DNA of 64,000 bases. Source: Alkalispirochaeta sp. (lineage in GTDB: Bacteria; Spirochaetota; Spirochaetia; DSM-27196; Alkalispirochaetaceae). Below the pieces are notes generated by a model. It was not told the origin of the DNA and made no database searches. It saw nothing but the letters and a program-made list of their open reading frames with translations. Position 1 is the first letter of the stretch; each line of letters opens with the position of its first letter. Positions 20,357-30,118 of the stretch are shown here, piece after piece. The DNA lies in assembly GCA_965601925.1 (NCBI GenBank), contig OZ271854.1:3168001-3232000 (forward strand), given 5' to 3'. The translations under genes were made by a program, and so were the position numbers.

Positions 20357-22553
20357 CGTTGCGCTCCCACGTGTCGACGGGTAGCGGTTCAAAGAGCCGG
20401 TGCGCATCGGCGGCGATTAAGTCGTCGATGTCCAGGATGTACCCGACCGTCCCACCCGAGAAAACCGTACCCGATGAAATACCTTTGAGATTGCCGAACT
20501 TTTTGCCGAGGGGCTTAATGACGACTTCCTTCTTCTCGATGATCCGATCGACCGCCAGAGCGATGTTCCGATGCTCGTATCGAACGATGATTGCGGCGCT
20601 TCTGTTCGAGGCAAAGGACGCGCGACCGTCGTCGTCGGAAGGCTCGACGCGCAGCGCATCGCCGAGGTTCACCAGCGGGATGAGCTCGTCCCTGGCTTTG
20701 AGCACGGTCATACCGTTGTTCACGCTATGGACGTGCTCGTCTTCCAATTGCGTGCACCCGACGACCTCCGCAATCGGTACGATGAACGGAACGCCGCGGG
20801 ATTCGACGACGAGCCCATCGACGATCGCCGTGTTCAGCGGAAAGGAGAGTTTGAATTGGGTATAGCGTCCGAACTCGCTCTCGATGCCGAGGCGCCCCTG
20901 GTACTCGTCGACCACCGTCCGGATGATATCCATCCCCATGCCGCGGCCCGATATGTCGCTCACCGTCTCGGCGGTGGAGAACCCCGGGGATAGTATCAGC
21001 TCGAAGACTTTCGAATCGGGCAGTAGGGCCGCCTCCGCGGCACCGATCAGCCCTCTCTCGGTCGCTCGCCGGACGAGGGCGTGCCTGTCGAGTCCCCGCC
21101 CGTCGTCGCGGACGACGATCTCGATCCGGTTGCCCTTTCGCTCGGCGGCGACGATGACCGTACCTTGATCGGGTTTTCCCGCCTCGCGGCGCTCTGCGGG
21201 AGACTCGATGCCGTGGTCGTACGCATTACGTAAAAAATGCATCATGACCTCTTCGAGCGATTCCACCAGGTTTCGGTCGATTTCGAGTTCGTGTCCTTCG
21301 AACAGAACGCGAACGCGCTTTCCGAGTCGCTGATCGAGGTCACGCGCGACGCGACGGAGCTTGATGTACAGCTGTTGGACGCGAATCGTCCGTAGACCCA
21401 TCGCGATGTGCTGAATCTGGCTCGTTATCTTCTGGATTTGGCGTATCGATTCGTGTTCGATCTGGTTCTCCGCTATCCACAGTTCCTGGATAAGATCGGA
21501 TAGCAGGTTCACCTGCGACGCCCGGACGCTGATTATCGAATCACGCTCCCGTGGAGCGTTGCGCCGTTTGATCCGATCTTGAATTTTCAGCGCCTCTTCG
21601 ACATCCTCCGAGCTCGCCTTGCCCTCATCGACGATGATCGTCCCGATCTTTCCCTCGAAGTTGGACTGCCGCTGGAGTGTGATCGCTTCGTTGATGTCTT
21701 GTTGCGAGACTTTCTTTTTCTCGTAAAGGATTTGCCCCAGCGGCGGATAGTCGCGGTGGACGATACCGGCCAACTCCTCGGTAAGCGCAACGGTTTCGTG
21801 TCGGATGTACGAGGCGAGATCGTTCTGCCGCAGCAGGTCTATGAGCGTTCGGATTTCGTCTATCGAGCGCAGGAGTACGTCGGTGATCTCCGCGCTGTAT
21901 GGAACAGTGTCGTTTTTCACCGCGTCCAGGAGGCTTTCGACCGTGTGGGTCAACGCACCGATCTTTTCGAGGTTGATGAACCCGCACTCTCCTTTGAGCG
22001 TATGAAACACTCGAAATACGTGATTGACCTTTTCGCGATCGAAGTGCGATTCGAGCTCGAGGATCACGTCCTGTCCGTCGAGCAATTTCTGGTCCGCCTC
22101 GGATGCGAATAGCTGGAACATGTCCGACGTCACGGTGTCCGCAAGCTCCGAGAGATCGCTTTCGGGCTCGGATGACGCATCCGGCGCCGCCGCCGGTGCA
22201 TCGTCGATATCGGAAAAGATCGTGCGAAACCGTTCGACCAACGGTGGGCTCACGGTGATCTCGTCGTCCTCCGCGAGACCGTCGATCTCCTGGAGGGCGG
22301 CGCGAAGCACTTCGAGGATCTCCAACACGCGTTCGTCGTGACCGGACCGCGCGTCCCCACTTTCAATCGCGTCGAGCGATGCATTAAGAGCGGCGACGGC
22401 CTCCGGGAAGCACGGATACGACCCCGTACGATCCTCGAACTCCTGCAGAAACGTTCGTACGCCGGCGATGTCGACGGTATCAATCTCGTCGACCATAACG
22501 AGGCGAAATGCGATATCTTCGTATAGTTCAACGACTGTACGTTCCAACTCCAC
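20346..22553 (-). CDS. cheA: Chemotaxis histidine kinase
   Basis: Hpt FRVFHTLKG, HFLRNAYDHGIE, DDGRG, PGFSTA...SGRGMGMD and a C-terminal CheW domain. Confidence 0.95.
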   Translation of the reverse strand: MELERTVVELYEDIAFRLVMVDEIDTVDIAGVRTFLQEFEDRTGSYPCFPEAVAALNASLDAIESGDARSGHDERVLEILEVLRAALQEIDGLAEDDEITVSPPLVERFRTIFSDIDDAPAAAPDASSEPESDLSELADTVTSDMFQLFASEADQKLLDGQDVILELESHFDREKVNHVFRVFHTLKGECGFINLEKIGALTHTVESLLDAVKNDTVPYSAEITDVLLRSIDEIRTLIDLLRQNDLASYIRHETVALTEELAGIVHRDYPPLGQILYEKKKVSQQDINEAITLQRQSNFEGKIGTIIVDEGKASSEDVEEALKIQDRIKRRNAPRERDSIISVRASQVNLLSDLIQELWIAENQIEHESIRQIQKITSQIQHIAMGLRTIRVQQLYIKLRRVARDLDQRLGKRVRVLFEGHELEIDRNLVESLEEVMMHFLRNAYDHGIESPAERREAGKPDQGTVIVAAERKGNRIEIVVRDDGRGLDRHALVRRATERGLIGAAEAALLPDSKVFELILSPGFSTAETVSDISGRGMGMDIIRTVVDEYQGRLGIESEFGRYTQFKLSFPLNTAIVDGLVVESRGVPFIVPIAEVVGCTQLEDEHVHSVNNGMTVLKARDELIPLVNLGDALRVEPSDDDGRASFASNRSAAIIVRYEHRNIALAVDRIIEKKEVVIKPLGKKFGNLKGISSGTVFSGGTVGYILDIDDLIAADAHRLFEPLPVDTWERNDGT

Positions 22554-23073
22554 CCAGTCCTTTTGTACGCCTTACGGTGATCCGTGGAGGCGTGCGTCCG
22601 CTCGATTCCGCGAGGATGCGGGGAATCGATCTTTGCACGCCGTTCGAGCACTGACCTCGTCGTTTCACACGGTCGGGAGCGGTGGGATGTCGTTGTCCGC
22701 GGAACCGTACACCGCCTCAGACGATGATATCGATCGCGAATACCGAATCCATCGAATACCGGGCTCCCTGATATATGCGCTCCTCCTTACATTATTAGAT
22801 AGAAGGACTCTCTTTGCGACCGATTCGACCCGCCGGTACGGAGCGAGGTGGCGAGCCGTCGCACATCGTCGCACGCTTCGACGTTTAAGATACCCCGGCG
22901 ATGCAAAGAAGACCGCATTTTGACGACTCGGTGGCGATTTTGGGTCGTGCTCGAACAGTGTCGGCGTCCGAACCGTACCGCGGGGAGACGACGGCACTCG
23001 ACGTATATCAAAACGGACCGAGCCGTCAACGCAGCCATGAGTCGACTCCCCGGCAGATGTGCCGTCGTCCGCT

Positions 23074-26000
23074 TCACGAGTCGGCGGTCAACGCGACGAG
23101 GTAGTCGTCCGCTCGTTTGGCGACGCGCGCGTGGTTGAGTTTGAGCGCAATCTCCTCGATGCGCTGATACAGCGCCTCCCTCGTTCCGCCGTCGCACAAC
23201 CGTCGCGTAAACAGGATCGACAGCTCCGCCTCCAGTATTTGCCTGGTTACCGTCGAGATGCGAGAGACGACCGCGACCGTGTCGCGTTCGAGGGCGTCGC
23301 GCCGTTCGGGGCGGATCGCTTCGAGCGCCCGTTCGGCCTCGGCGAGCTCCGACCGTAATCGGCCGAGGCGCGCCTCCTCGACGGCGAGCGTGGAGCGCAG
23401 ATATGCGAGATCCGGCTCGTTCGCCGGTTCCGGGAGACCGACCGCGCAGTCGTCCGCAAACACGGACCGGCGGTGCGCCGAAAGATAGTACGGCTCGACA
23501 TCGAAGCGGCGGTACGGGATGGCGGCGTCGAGCGCCGCCGAAAATCGGTCGGCGGCGGGGACGGCGCGCAGCGATCGCCGCGGGGTGTCGCCGGCGGGGG
23601 TGCTCAGCGCAACGGTATAGATTCGTCCGCTCGGAATCTCGTGCATTGAACGCGCCCGCTCATCGGGCGTACGAGGGTGCTCGGCGAGGTCGAACGCCGT
23701 TACCGGGGCGTTCCATCGCACGGTAACCGCGTCTCTCCCCGGATTGAACAGCCGCATAATGGGCCCTTTACCGTCTTCCCGTATCTTGAGCGCCGAGAGT
23801 ACCGCAGACGACGCGTTGCCGTCCGTCGATATATCGGGTATCAGATCGGGCGGCAGAGCCGCCGCAATCCCTACGGAGGGATCGTCGGTGTCGGGTACGC
23901 CGAGAATCGGGAGGGGATGAAGCGCCGCCTCGACGATCTTCGCCGCATCCGCTCCTTCGCTCGCACGCAGAGAGGGAAGGGGGGAGACGAAGAACGGGAT
24001 TGCGATGCGACGTCTGCACTGGGCGTCGGGTGTGAATATCTCCGGGCCCGCGTCTCCGGTTCGCGAGGACAGATCTCCGCGGGCAAGCCACCCCACCGCG
24101 CGCACGATCGTCGCAGCCACGGAACCGTCCTCCAACGGTTCCAACTCGTGGAGTCCGCGATGGGCGACGAGCGCGGCGGCTGAACGGGATCCCACCGCGA
24201 ATGCGCGGTCGTTGGGCACGAAACGCGGCGGTTCGGGCTCGCGGGCACCGAGCATGAGCCGTCGTGCCGACTGAGGTAGCTCTTCGTCCCGATACGGAGC
24301 GAGGCTCGCCCGATGTTCCGCCGGATCCTCCCACACAAACTGATTTAGTACGCGCATACCCATAGAGTCCGAGGGTCCCGTCGCGGTGCCGTCTCCCCCT
24401 TCGTCCGCAACGGAGACGACCATCTGCAGGCGGTGGTCACGCGAGAGGTTGTCTACTACGACCGCCGCACGGAGAAATGGTTCGGTCGAGCGTAGCTCGA
24501 TGCGGAGGGTAACCGTATTGTCGACCACCGTCTCAGTACGCGTCTGGCGATCTTCGGTCAGCTCTCGCGGAAGACGAAATACACCGGAAAGCTCAAAGGA
24601 TACGCGGTCCGGGGTGCGCGACGTCCATGTGATCGTGCCGTCGACGATCGATACGCGATTCGGAGCGTCCCGGGGCGGTACGTCGAAGTTGTACGTGTCT
24701 CCGCAGTCGCCGGTATCGCGCCACGTGACGCGCACCGTCGAGCCGTCGCGGCCGCTCGAGTCGGCCGTCTTGCGTCCACCTACGACGATCGTTCCGTCAG
24801 CGTATACGGCGGCGTGCACCGACTCGTTGGAGAGTTCTACCGGACCGTCGGTGGTCCTCGCCGTGACGCGCGGCGAGTCCGGTGTATCGTTCCGACGGCG
24901 TACGATCGACAGGCTCAACGGCGCGATACTCTCCGACCACACGCCGTCGAGCATCGCTCGGCGGGCGTGAAGCGACGGGTTGAACACCGCATAGGTCTCG
25001 CCGGCCCCGGGTGCACCCGATTGCGTCTCGCCGAGGGGACGAATGCCGAGCGACTGGAGGAGACGGTCGAGCGTACGATTCTGACGGTCTGCGATCTCAG
25101 CTAAGCGAAGTTCCGCCTCCTCGTGGATCGGATCGGAGCTCACGCCGCAGATCGTATCGTGCGGGTGGTTCTGGAGGATCAAGCGCCATACGAGGTTAAG
25201 CTCGTCCCGTAGCTCTTCTATCACCGGCGAGGCGTCGCTATTGCTCACGGAGAGAATCGTCGTCAGCGGCTCCAGATAGCGCTCCTGCATCGCCTGCGCG
25301 TAATCGTTGGCGACTTTGAGATAGTTGCGCGCCGAGAGTATTCCCGGAAACACCGATATGAAGCGTCCGCTGTACTGGCTTCCCCGTACCGGCGGCAGCG
25401 ATCGATCGTGTATCCCCCTCTTTGCGTCGAGATACTCAGTCGGTGAGGTGAGCCGGACGGTCGTTCCCGGCGGTATCTCGCCCGGCGACTCGGGATCCAT
25501 CTCCTGATCGTATCCGTTCATGAGTAGGAGGTGCTCATCGGTGGAGAACGGGCGAACGCGTTCTCGTGCCTCCGCCAGACGCCGGAGCAGTATCTCCGGA
25601 CGTGAGAAGAGGCGCATGCCGTTGCGATAGCTGTCGAGAAGGTATGCGACCGGCAGCGCACTCCCGTCCGGACTCTCCCAACGCAACTCGCTCCGCATCG
25701 CGGCGGGGAGCAGGTCGAAGCCGCGCCACGCGAACAGACCGTCCGCACCGAACTCACGGTGTATTTGAACGCACTGTGCAATTTGGCCGAAGTTGTCCAT
25801 CAGCCAACCAACGAAGCGGTCGGCCCCCAGCACGCGTGTGTCGTCGATACCGATGAGCAGATTTCTTACCAACGCCTCTCCGCTCACCAGTTGCCAGTCC
25901 GGCTGCTGGTAGTACGGTCCGACGGTGAGCCGCCCTTCGCGGACCAGCGCTTCGATGCGAGAGAGCGCCTCTTCGCCCCTCCGGCGCCCCAAAAGGCTGA

Positions 26001-26178
26001 GATAGTCCTCTATGAGGATCGATTGCCCGTCGAGCGTGAACCGATAATCGGGGTGGGAATCGAATCGGTCGAAGAGAGCGTCGAAAAACGGGACGAGCCA
26101 CTCTCTCGTGAAGCCGCTCGGTACGAACCATTCGCGGTCCCAGTGCGTGTGGGGCAGGATATGTAAAACCGGTTGCAT
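23074..26178 (-). CDS. GH38 alpha-mannosidase (MngB-like) with C-terminal coiled-coil extension
   Basis: HTHWDREW, FTLDGQ, GPYYQQPD..LVSGEALVRNL, MDNFG, NGYDQ, NHPHDTICG, DCGDTYNF and RAVGWLAR. Confidence 0.9.
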   Translation of the reverse strand: MQPVLHILPHTHWDREWFVPSGFTREWLVPFFDALFDRFDSHPDYRFTLDGQSILIEDYLSLLGRRRGEEALSRIEALVREGRLTVGPYYQQPDWQLVSGEALVRNLLIGIDDTRVLGADRFVGWLMDNFGQIAQCVQIHREFGADGLFAWRGFDLLPAAMRSELRWESPDGSALPVAYLLDSYRNGMRLFSRPEILLRRLAEARERVRPFSTDEHLLLMNGYDQEMDPESPGEIPPGTTVRLTSPTEYLDAKRGIHDRSLPPVRGSQYSGRFISVFPGILSARNYLKVANDYAQAMQERYLEPLTTILSVSNSDASPVIEELRDELNLVWRLILQNHPHDTICGVSSDPIHEEAELRLAEIADRQNRTLDRLLQSLGIRPLGETQSGAPGAGETYAVFNPSLHARRAMLDGVWSESIAPLSLSIVRRRNDTPDSPRVTARTTDGPVELSNESVHAAVYADGTIVVGGRKTADSSGRDGSTVRVTWRDTGDCGDTYNFDVPPRDAPNRVSIVDGTITWTSRTPDRVSFELSGVFRLPRELTEDRQTRTETVVDNTVTLRIELRSTEPFLRAAVVVDNLSRDHRLQMVVSVADEGGDGTATGPSDSMGMRVLNQFVWEDPAEHRASLAPYRDEELPQSARRLMLGAREPEPPRFVPNDRAFAVGSRSAAALVAHRGLHELEPLEDGSVAATIVRAVGWLARGDLSSRTGDAGPEIFTPDAQCRRRIAIPFFVSPLPSLRASEGADAAKIVEAALHPLPILGVPDTDDPSVGIAAALPPDLIPDISTDGNASSAVLSALKIREDGKGPIMRLFNPGRDAVTVRWNAPVTAFDLAEHPRTPDERARSMHEIPSGRIYTVALSTPAGDTPRRSLRAVPAADRFSAALDAAIPYRRFDVEPYYLSAHRRSVFADDCAVGLPEPANEPDLAYLRSTLAVEEARLGRLRSELAEAERALEAIRPERRDALERDTVAVVSRISTVTRQILEAELSILFTRRLCDGGTREALYQRIEEIALKLNHARVAKRADDYLVALTADS

Positions 26179-26265
26179 CGACCGTTACTATAGCGCCTCT
26201 CGGCGAGGTCTGCAATGTTCTTTTCATGAAGTTGCATTTTCTAGTGGAAAATAATGAAATTGTTC

Positions 26266-26294
26266 TTGACCGCACGGAAAAGCGCCTGTACCAT
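26266..26294 (+). promoter_or_regulatory. Sigma70-type promoter of the lacI-ABC operon
   Basis: TTGACC-17-TACCAT, 9 nt before the ATG at 26304. Confidence 0.55.
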
Positions 26295-26303
26295 CGATAG
26301 GTA

Positions 26304-27341
26304 ATGGCGTCTCGGGTTACCATCGAAGATATCGCGAACCGCGCGGGCGTGAGTGCCGCGACGGTTAGTCGTGTGCTCAATATGCCCGAGCGCGTACGCG
26401 GCGCCACCCGGGATGAGGTGTATGCGGCGATGCGCGATCTGAACTACGTGCCGCCCACCATTCATCGCACCCCCGACACACTCACGAACATCATCGGAAT
26501 TTTCGCTCCCAATCTGCTCCTCGACTCGGTGACCGAGCTTGTGCGCGCCGTCGAGACGGAGTTGCGCGACACCGCGTTTCACATTCTGCTCGTCAACATG
26601 CGGGGAGAGCGGGATTTCGGGGAGTTCATCGTAAACAACAGCCATATTCTGAAGAAAATAGACGGCGCTTTGGTCTTCTCAGCCGACGTTTCGGAGCGTG
26701 CGGTACGTTTTATGCGGGGAGCCGACGTGCCCATGGTCCTGATGCAGGCGCGCAGCTCCTTCGTACGCTCGGTCAGCAATAACAATTTTCTCGGCGGACA
26801 GGACGCCGCCGCGTACCTGCTTTCGTGCGGATATCGGCGCGTCGCATTCGTCGGGTGGGAGCCGGTCGACGATCACGTCGCCGATCGCCTCGCCGGGTAT
26901 CGTTCGACCCTGATGCGTGCCAAGGTTCGTTTTCGGGATGAGGACATCGCCTACGGGAGTCTGGATACCGACGGTGGGTATCGGGCGACGCGCTTACTCC
27001 TTGCGAACGGAAGTCCGGAAGCGATCTTTTACGCCTCCGACGTCATCGCCGTCGGTGGCATACGGTTTCTGCACGAATGCGGGCTCGCTGTACCGGCCGA
27101 TGTTGGTGTGATGGGGTTCGACGATCTGACGATCGCCGCTCCATTGGGACTCACCACGATGCGTCAGTTCTTTTCCACGAAAGCGCAGATGATCTTAGAG
27201 TATCTGCTCGGACGCGTCTCCGGCGAGATTCGCGAGGAGAGTCCCGAGGAGATTCAAGTATCGCCCCGCATCGTGGTTCGCGATACGACTCGGTGTATCT
27301 CCGAGTCGTCCAAGGAGTTTGGTTTCGACGCCGTGGGATAA
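26304..27341 (+). CDS. LacI-family regulator
   Basis: TIEDIANRAGVSAATVSRVLN HTH; GFDD and LTTMRQ. Confidence 0.94.
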   Translation: MASRVTIEDIANRAGVSAATVSRVLNMPERVRGATRDEVYAAMRDLNYVPPTIHRTPDTLTNIIGIFAPNLLLDSVTELVRAVETELRDTAFHILLVNMRGERDFGEFIVNNSHILKKIDGALVFSADVSERAVRFMRGADVPMVLMQARSSFVRSVSNNNFLGGQDAAAYLLSCGYRRVAFVGWEPVDDHVADRLAGYRSTLMRAKVRFRDEDIAYGSLDTDGGYRATRLLLANGSPEAIFYASDVIAVGGIRFLHECGLAVPADVGVMGFDDLTIAAPLGLTTMRQFFSTKAQMILEYLLGRVSGEIREESPEEIQVSPRIVVRDTTRCISESSKEFGFDAVG

Positions 27342-27375
27342 CGCGGCGAGAAAAAGTAACCTAAGGAGGGTTTCA

Positions 27376-28770
27376 ATGAATACGTTCAGACGATGTATGG
27401 TAATGACGGTGTTGCTCACCGCAGGCGCGCTCGTCGTGGCGGCCGGTGGGCAGGGTGAACCGCAACCGACGGCGCCGACCGACGCCGGGCCCCGCGAGAT
27501 CACCTTTTGGACGACCGAGGAGCAGCCGGAGCGCTTGGCGATTCAGGAACGAATCGCGGCCGACTTCGAGGCGCAGACCGGTATTTCCGTAGCGGTAGTT
27601 CCGGTGTCGGAGAATCAGATGGGCGAGCGCGTAACCGCAGCATTCTCCGCCGGCGAGCTTCCCGACGTGATCTACCATCCCCTCAACTTCACGCTCAACT
27701 GGGCCGAGGCGGGGATACTGGACGCCTCCGCCGCGAGCGACGCCATCGCCGCTCTTGGAGAGGAGACGTTCGGTTCCGGAGTGCTCAATCTCGTCTCGGT
27801 GGACGACGGGTTCGCCGCCGTGCCGGTCGACGGGTGGACGCAGCTTTTGGTCTACCGCGCCGACCTTTTCGAGGAGGCGGGACTGGATCCGCCCACCGAC
27901 TTTGAAAGCATCGTGACGGCTGCGAGAGCACTTCACAATCCGCCGGAGCTCTACGGGTTCGTCGCGGCGACCGACGCCAGCCAAGTCTACATGATGCAGG
28001 TGTTTGAACACATCGCATTGGCCAACGGCGTCGACATCGTCGACGATGACGGCACCGTTACCCTTGATACCCAGGCGATGCGCGAGACGTTGGAGTTCTA
28101 TAAGGAGATCGCCGACGTCAGCCCTCCCGGAAACCTCTTTTGGCAGCAAAGTCGCGAGTTGTACTTTGCCGGTCAGACGGCAATGATCGTATGGTCGCCC
28201 TTTATTCTCGACGAGTTGGCGGGTCTGCGCGACAACGTCCCGGTCACCGCGCTTAACGACCCCACCGGCGACGAGCTGGCGCGCAATACCGGCCTCGTCA
28301 CCAATCTCGCCGGACCGAGTAACCCCGGCGGAAGCGCATGGACCGACGTGCGGTACTTCGGTATCACCGTCGACGCCGACGTCGCCTCGGCGCAGGCCTT
28401 CGTCGAGTTCTCGATGAGCGCCGGCTATCTCGATACGCTGTCGATCGCTCCGGAAGGAAAGTTTCCCGTGCGCCGCGGTACCCCGAGCAACCCGACGCTC
28501 TTCGTCGACGGATGGGCCAATCTCGACGTCGGTGTCGATCGTAGAGCGCCGCTCGGGTCGGTATATCCCGAAGACGTCATCGATGCGATCGTCGAGGGAC
28601 TCGACACCGGTAGTCGTTGGGGCTTCGATAGGGGATTCGGTGCGCTGACCGCTCGCTTGTACGATACACGCGTGATCGCCGAGATTGTGCGCGAGTACAT
28701 CGATGACGAAATCTCGGTAGATGAGGCGCTTGAGCGCATCCAAGCCGAGACCGAGGCTCTGGCCGAGTAG
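27376..28770 (+). CDS. Carbohydrate ABC transporter solute-binding protein
   Basis: Signal peptide, LPDV and YRADLFEEAGL motifs; followed by two permeases. Confidence 0.9.
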   Translation: MNTFRRCMVMTVLLTAGALVVAAGGQGEPQPTAPTDAGPREITFWTTEEQPERLAIQERIAADFEAQTGISVAVVPVSENQMGERVTAAFSAGELPDVIYHPLNFTLNWAEAGILDASAASDAIAALGEETFGSGVLNLVSVDDGFAAVPVDGWTQLLVYRADLFEEAGLDPPTDFESIVTAARALHNPPELYGFVAATDASQVYMMQVFEHIALANGVDIVDDDGTVTLDTQAMRETLEFYKEIADVSPPGNLFWQQSRELYFAGQTAMIVWSPFILDELAGLRDNVPVTALNDPTGDELARNTGLVTNLAGPSNPGGSAWTDVRYFGITVDADVASAQAFVEFSMSAGYLDTLSIAPEGKFPVRRGTPSNPTLFVDGWANLDVGVDRRAPLGSVYPEDVIDAIVEGLDTGSRWGFDRGFGALTARLYDTRVIAEIVREYIDDEISVDEALERIQAETEALAE

Positions 28771-28793
28771 TTCGATTTCACCGATGGTCGGCG

Positions 28794-28821
28794 GCGAGGG
28801 GCTCCTCGGGAGACCTCTCGC
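28794..28821. terminator. Stem-loop after the ABC solute-binding protein gene
   Basis: GCGAGGGG-CTCC-tcg-GGAG-a-CCTCTCGC imperfect hairpin. Confidence 0.45.
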
Positions 28822-28843
28822 TCCGGCCTACCCAGAGGGCGTC

Positions 28844-30118
28844 ATGAGAAAAAAACAGTATTCCAGCCTGGCGGCCCGCGAGGCGCGCCTGGCGGTCTTG
28901 ATGTTGATCCCCGCGTTTGTAATCGTCTTTGCGATCATTCTTTTTCCGGTATTGCTCAATTTTTGGATCAGTTTCAAACCGGTGACGCTCGGCGATCTCC
29001 GCTCTCCCACACCGGTGGTACGAGAGCAGATTACCGAGCGACCGCGGCGGGTCGGCGATGAGTTGGTTCTCACGTATCAGTTGCGCAACACCAGCCAGCA
29101 GTCGCCGATCACCGACATCCGCATCGAAGGAATCCTTCCGGAGGGTCTGGAAGCGCTGGATGTGCCGGACGGTTTTTCGGTTGCGGAACGAAGCGTACGC
29201 GGCGAGTTCGATCTCTGGGAGCCCGGATTCTCCGAGCGCGTGGAGCTACGCTTCGTGGCCGATGAGGCGTTTGTGACCGGACCCTGGCGCGACTCGGGAG
29301 ATATCAGCTTCCCGGTCGCCGACGGACGCAGCGAGAATCGACTCTTCAACTTCCGTTTCTCCGGGGAGAATTACCGGACCGTTCTTTCGGCCGACGATTT
29401 TTGGCCGGCCCTCCTGACATCGTTTGTATACACGACCGGCGGCGCGATCGGCGCGATTGTCCTGGGGCTCCTCTCCGCCCAGTTGGTAAACGTTCGGTTT
29501 CTCGGGAAGTCTCTGTTGCGTGGATTGTTGCTCTTCCCGTACGTCGCCCCGGTGATCTCGGTCGCCTTTGCCTGGACCTTCTTGCTCGATCCCTTCAGCG
29601 GAACACTCAACGCGCTCTTGGTGCGATTCGGGGTCGTGGAAAACGGGATCGGGTTCTTGAGCGAGCGTTCATTCACGGCCGGTCTCTTCGGGCTCGATCT
29701 GCAGTTGCCTCTCGCCCTCTCGACGATCATCGCGTTTGACGCCTGGCGCTATTTCCCCTTTGCATTTCTCTTCATCCTGGCGCGCCTGCAGGCGATTCCC
29801 GCGGCGCTATACGAGTCGGCGGAGGTCGACGGCGCGACGCCCTATCAGAAGTTTTTTCGCATTACCGTCCCGCAGGTTTCGGGAGTAATCGGCACGCTCT
29901 TTCTGTTGCGCTTCATGTGGACGTTCAATAAGTTCGACGACGTTTTTCTTTTGACCGGCGGTGCAGCCGGTACACAGACGCTGCCGATCCAAGTATATGA
30001 CAACGCCTTCGGGCGCGCCGATATCGGTGCCGGTGCCGCATCAGCAGTTATGCTCTTCGTCTTTTTGGCGATTTTCCTGACGATCTACTTTCGATACACC
30101 CCGGAGGAGGAGGCGTAA
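28844..30118 (+). CDS. Carbohydrate ABC permease (MalF-type) with extracytoplasmic insertion
   Basis: EAA motif LYESAEVDGA, FNKFDDV and LTGG; about 110 aa soluble insertion after TM1. Confidence 0.9.
   Translation: MRKKQYSSLAAREARLAVLMLIPAFVIVFAIILFPVLLNFWISFKPVTLGDLRSPTPVVREQITERPRRVGDELVLTYQLRNTSQQSPITDIRIEGILPEGLEALDVPDGFSVAERSVRGEFDLWEPGFSERVELRFVADEAFVTGPWRDSGDISFPVADGRSENRLFNFRFSGENYRTVLSADDFWPALLTSFVYTTGGAIGAIVLGLLSAQLVNVRFLGKSLLRGLLLFPYVAPVISVAFAWTFLLDPFSGTLNALLVRFGVVENGIGFLSERSFTAGLFGLDLQLPLALSTIIAFDAWRYFPFAFLFILARLQAIPAALYESAEVDGATPYQKFFRITVPQVSGVIGTLFLLRFMWTFNKFDDVFLLTGGAAGTQTLPIQVYDNAFGRADIGAGAASAVMLFVFLAIFLTIYFRYTPEEEA

Noticed and set aside
22863..22887. Possible sigma28 promoter for the che operon (TAAA...GACGATGT, minus strand)
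   Set aside because: Spacer is 13 rather than about 15 nt and the -10 match is poor.
22554..23073. Possible c-di-GMP-I riboswitch upstream of cheA
   Set aside because: GCAAA elements occur, but I could not find the paired two-hairpin consensus.
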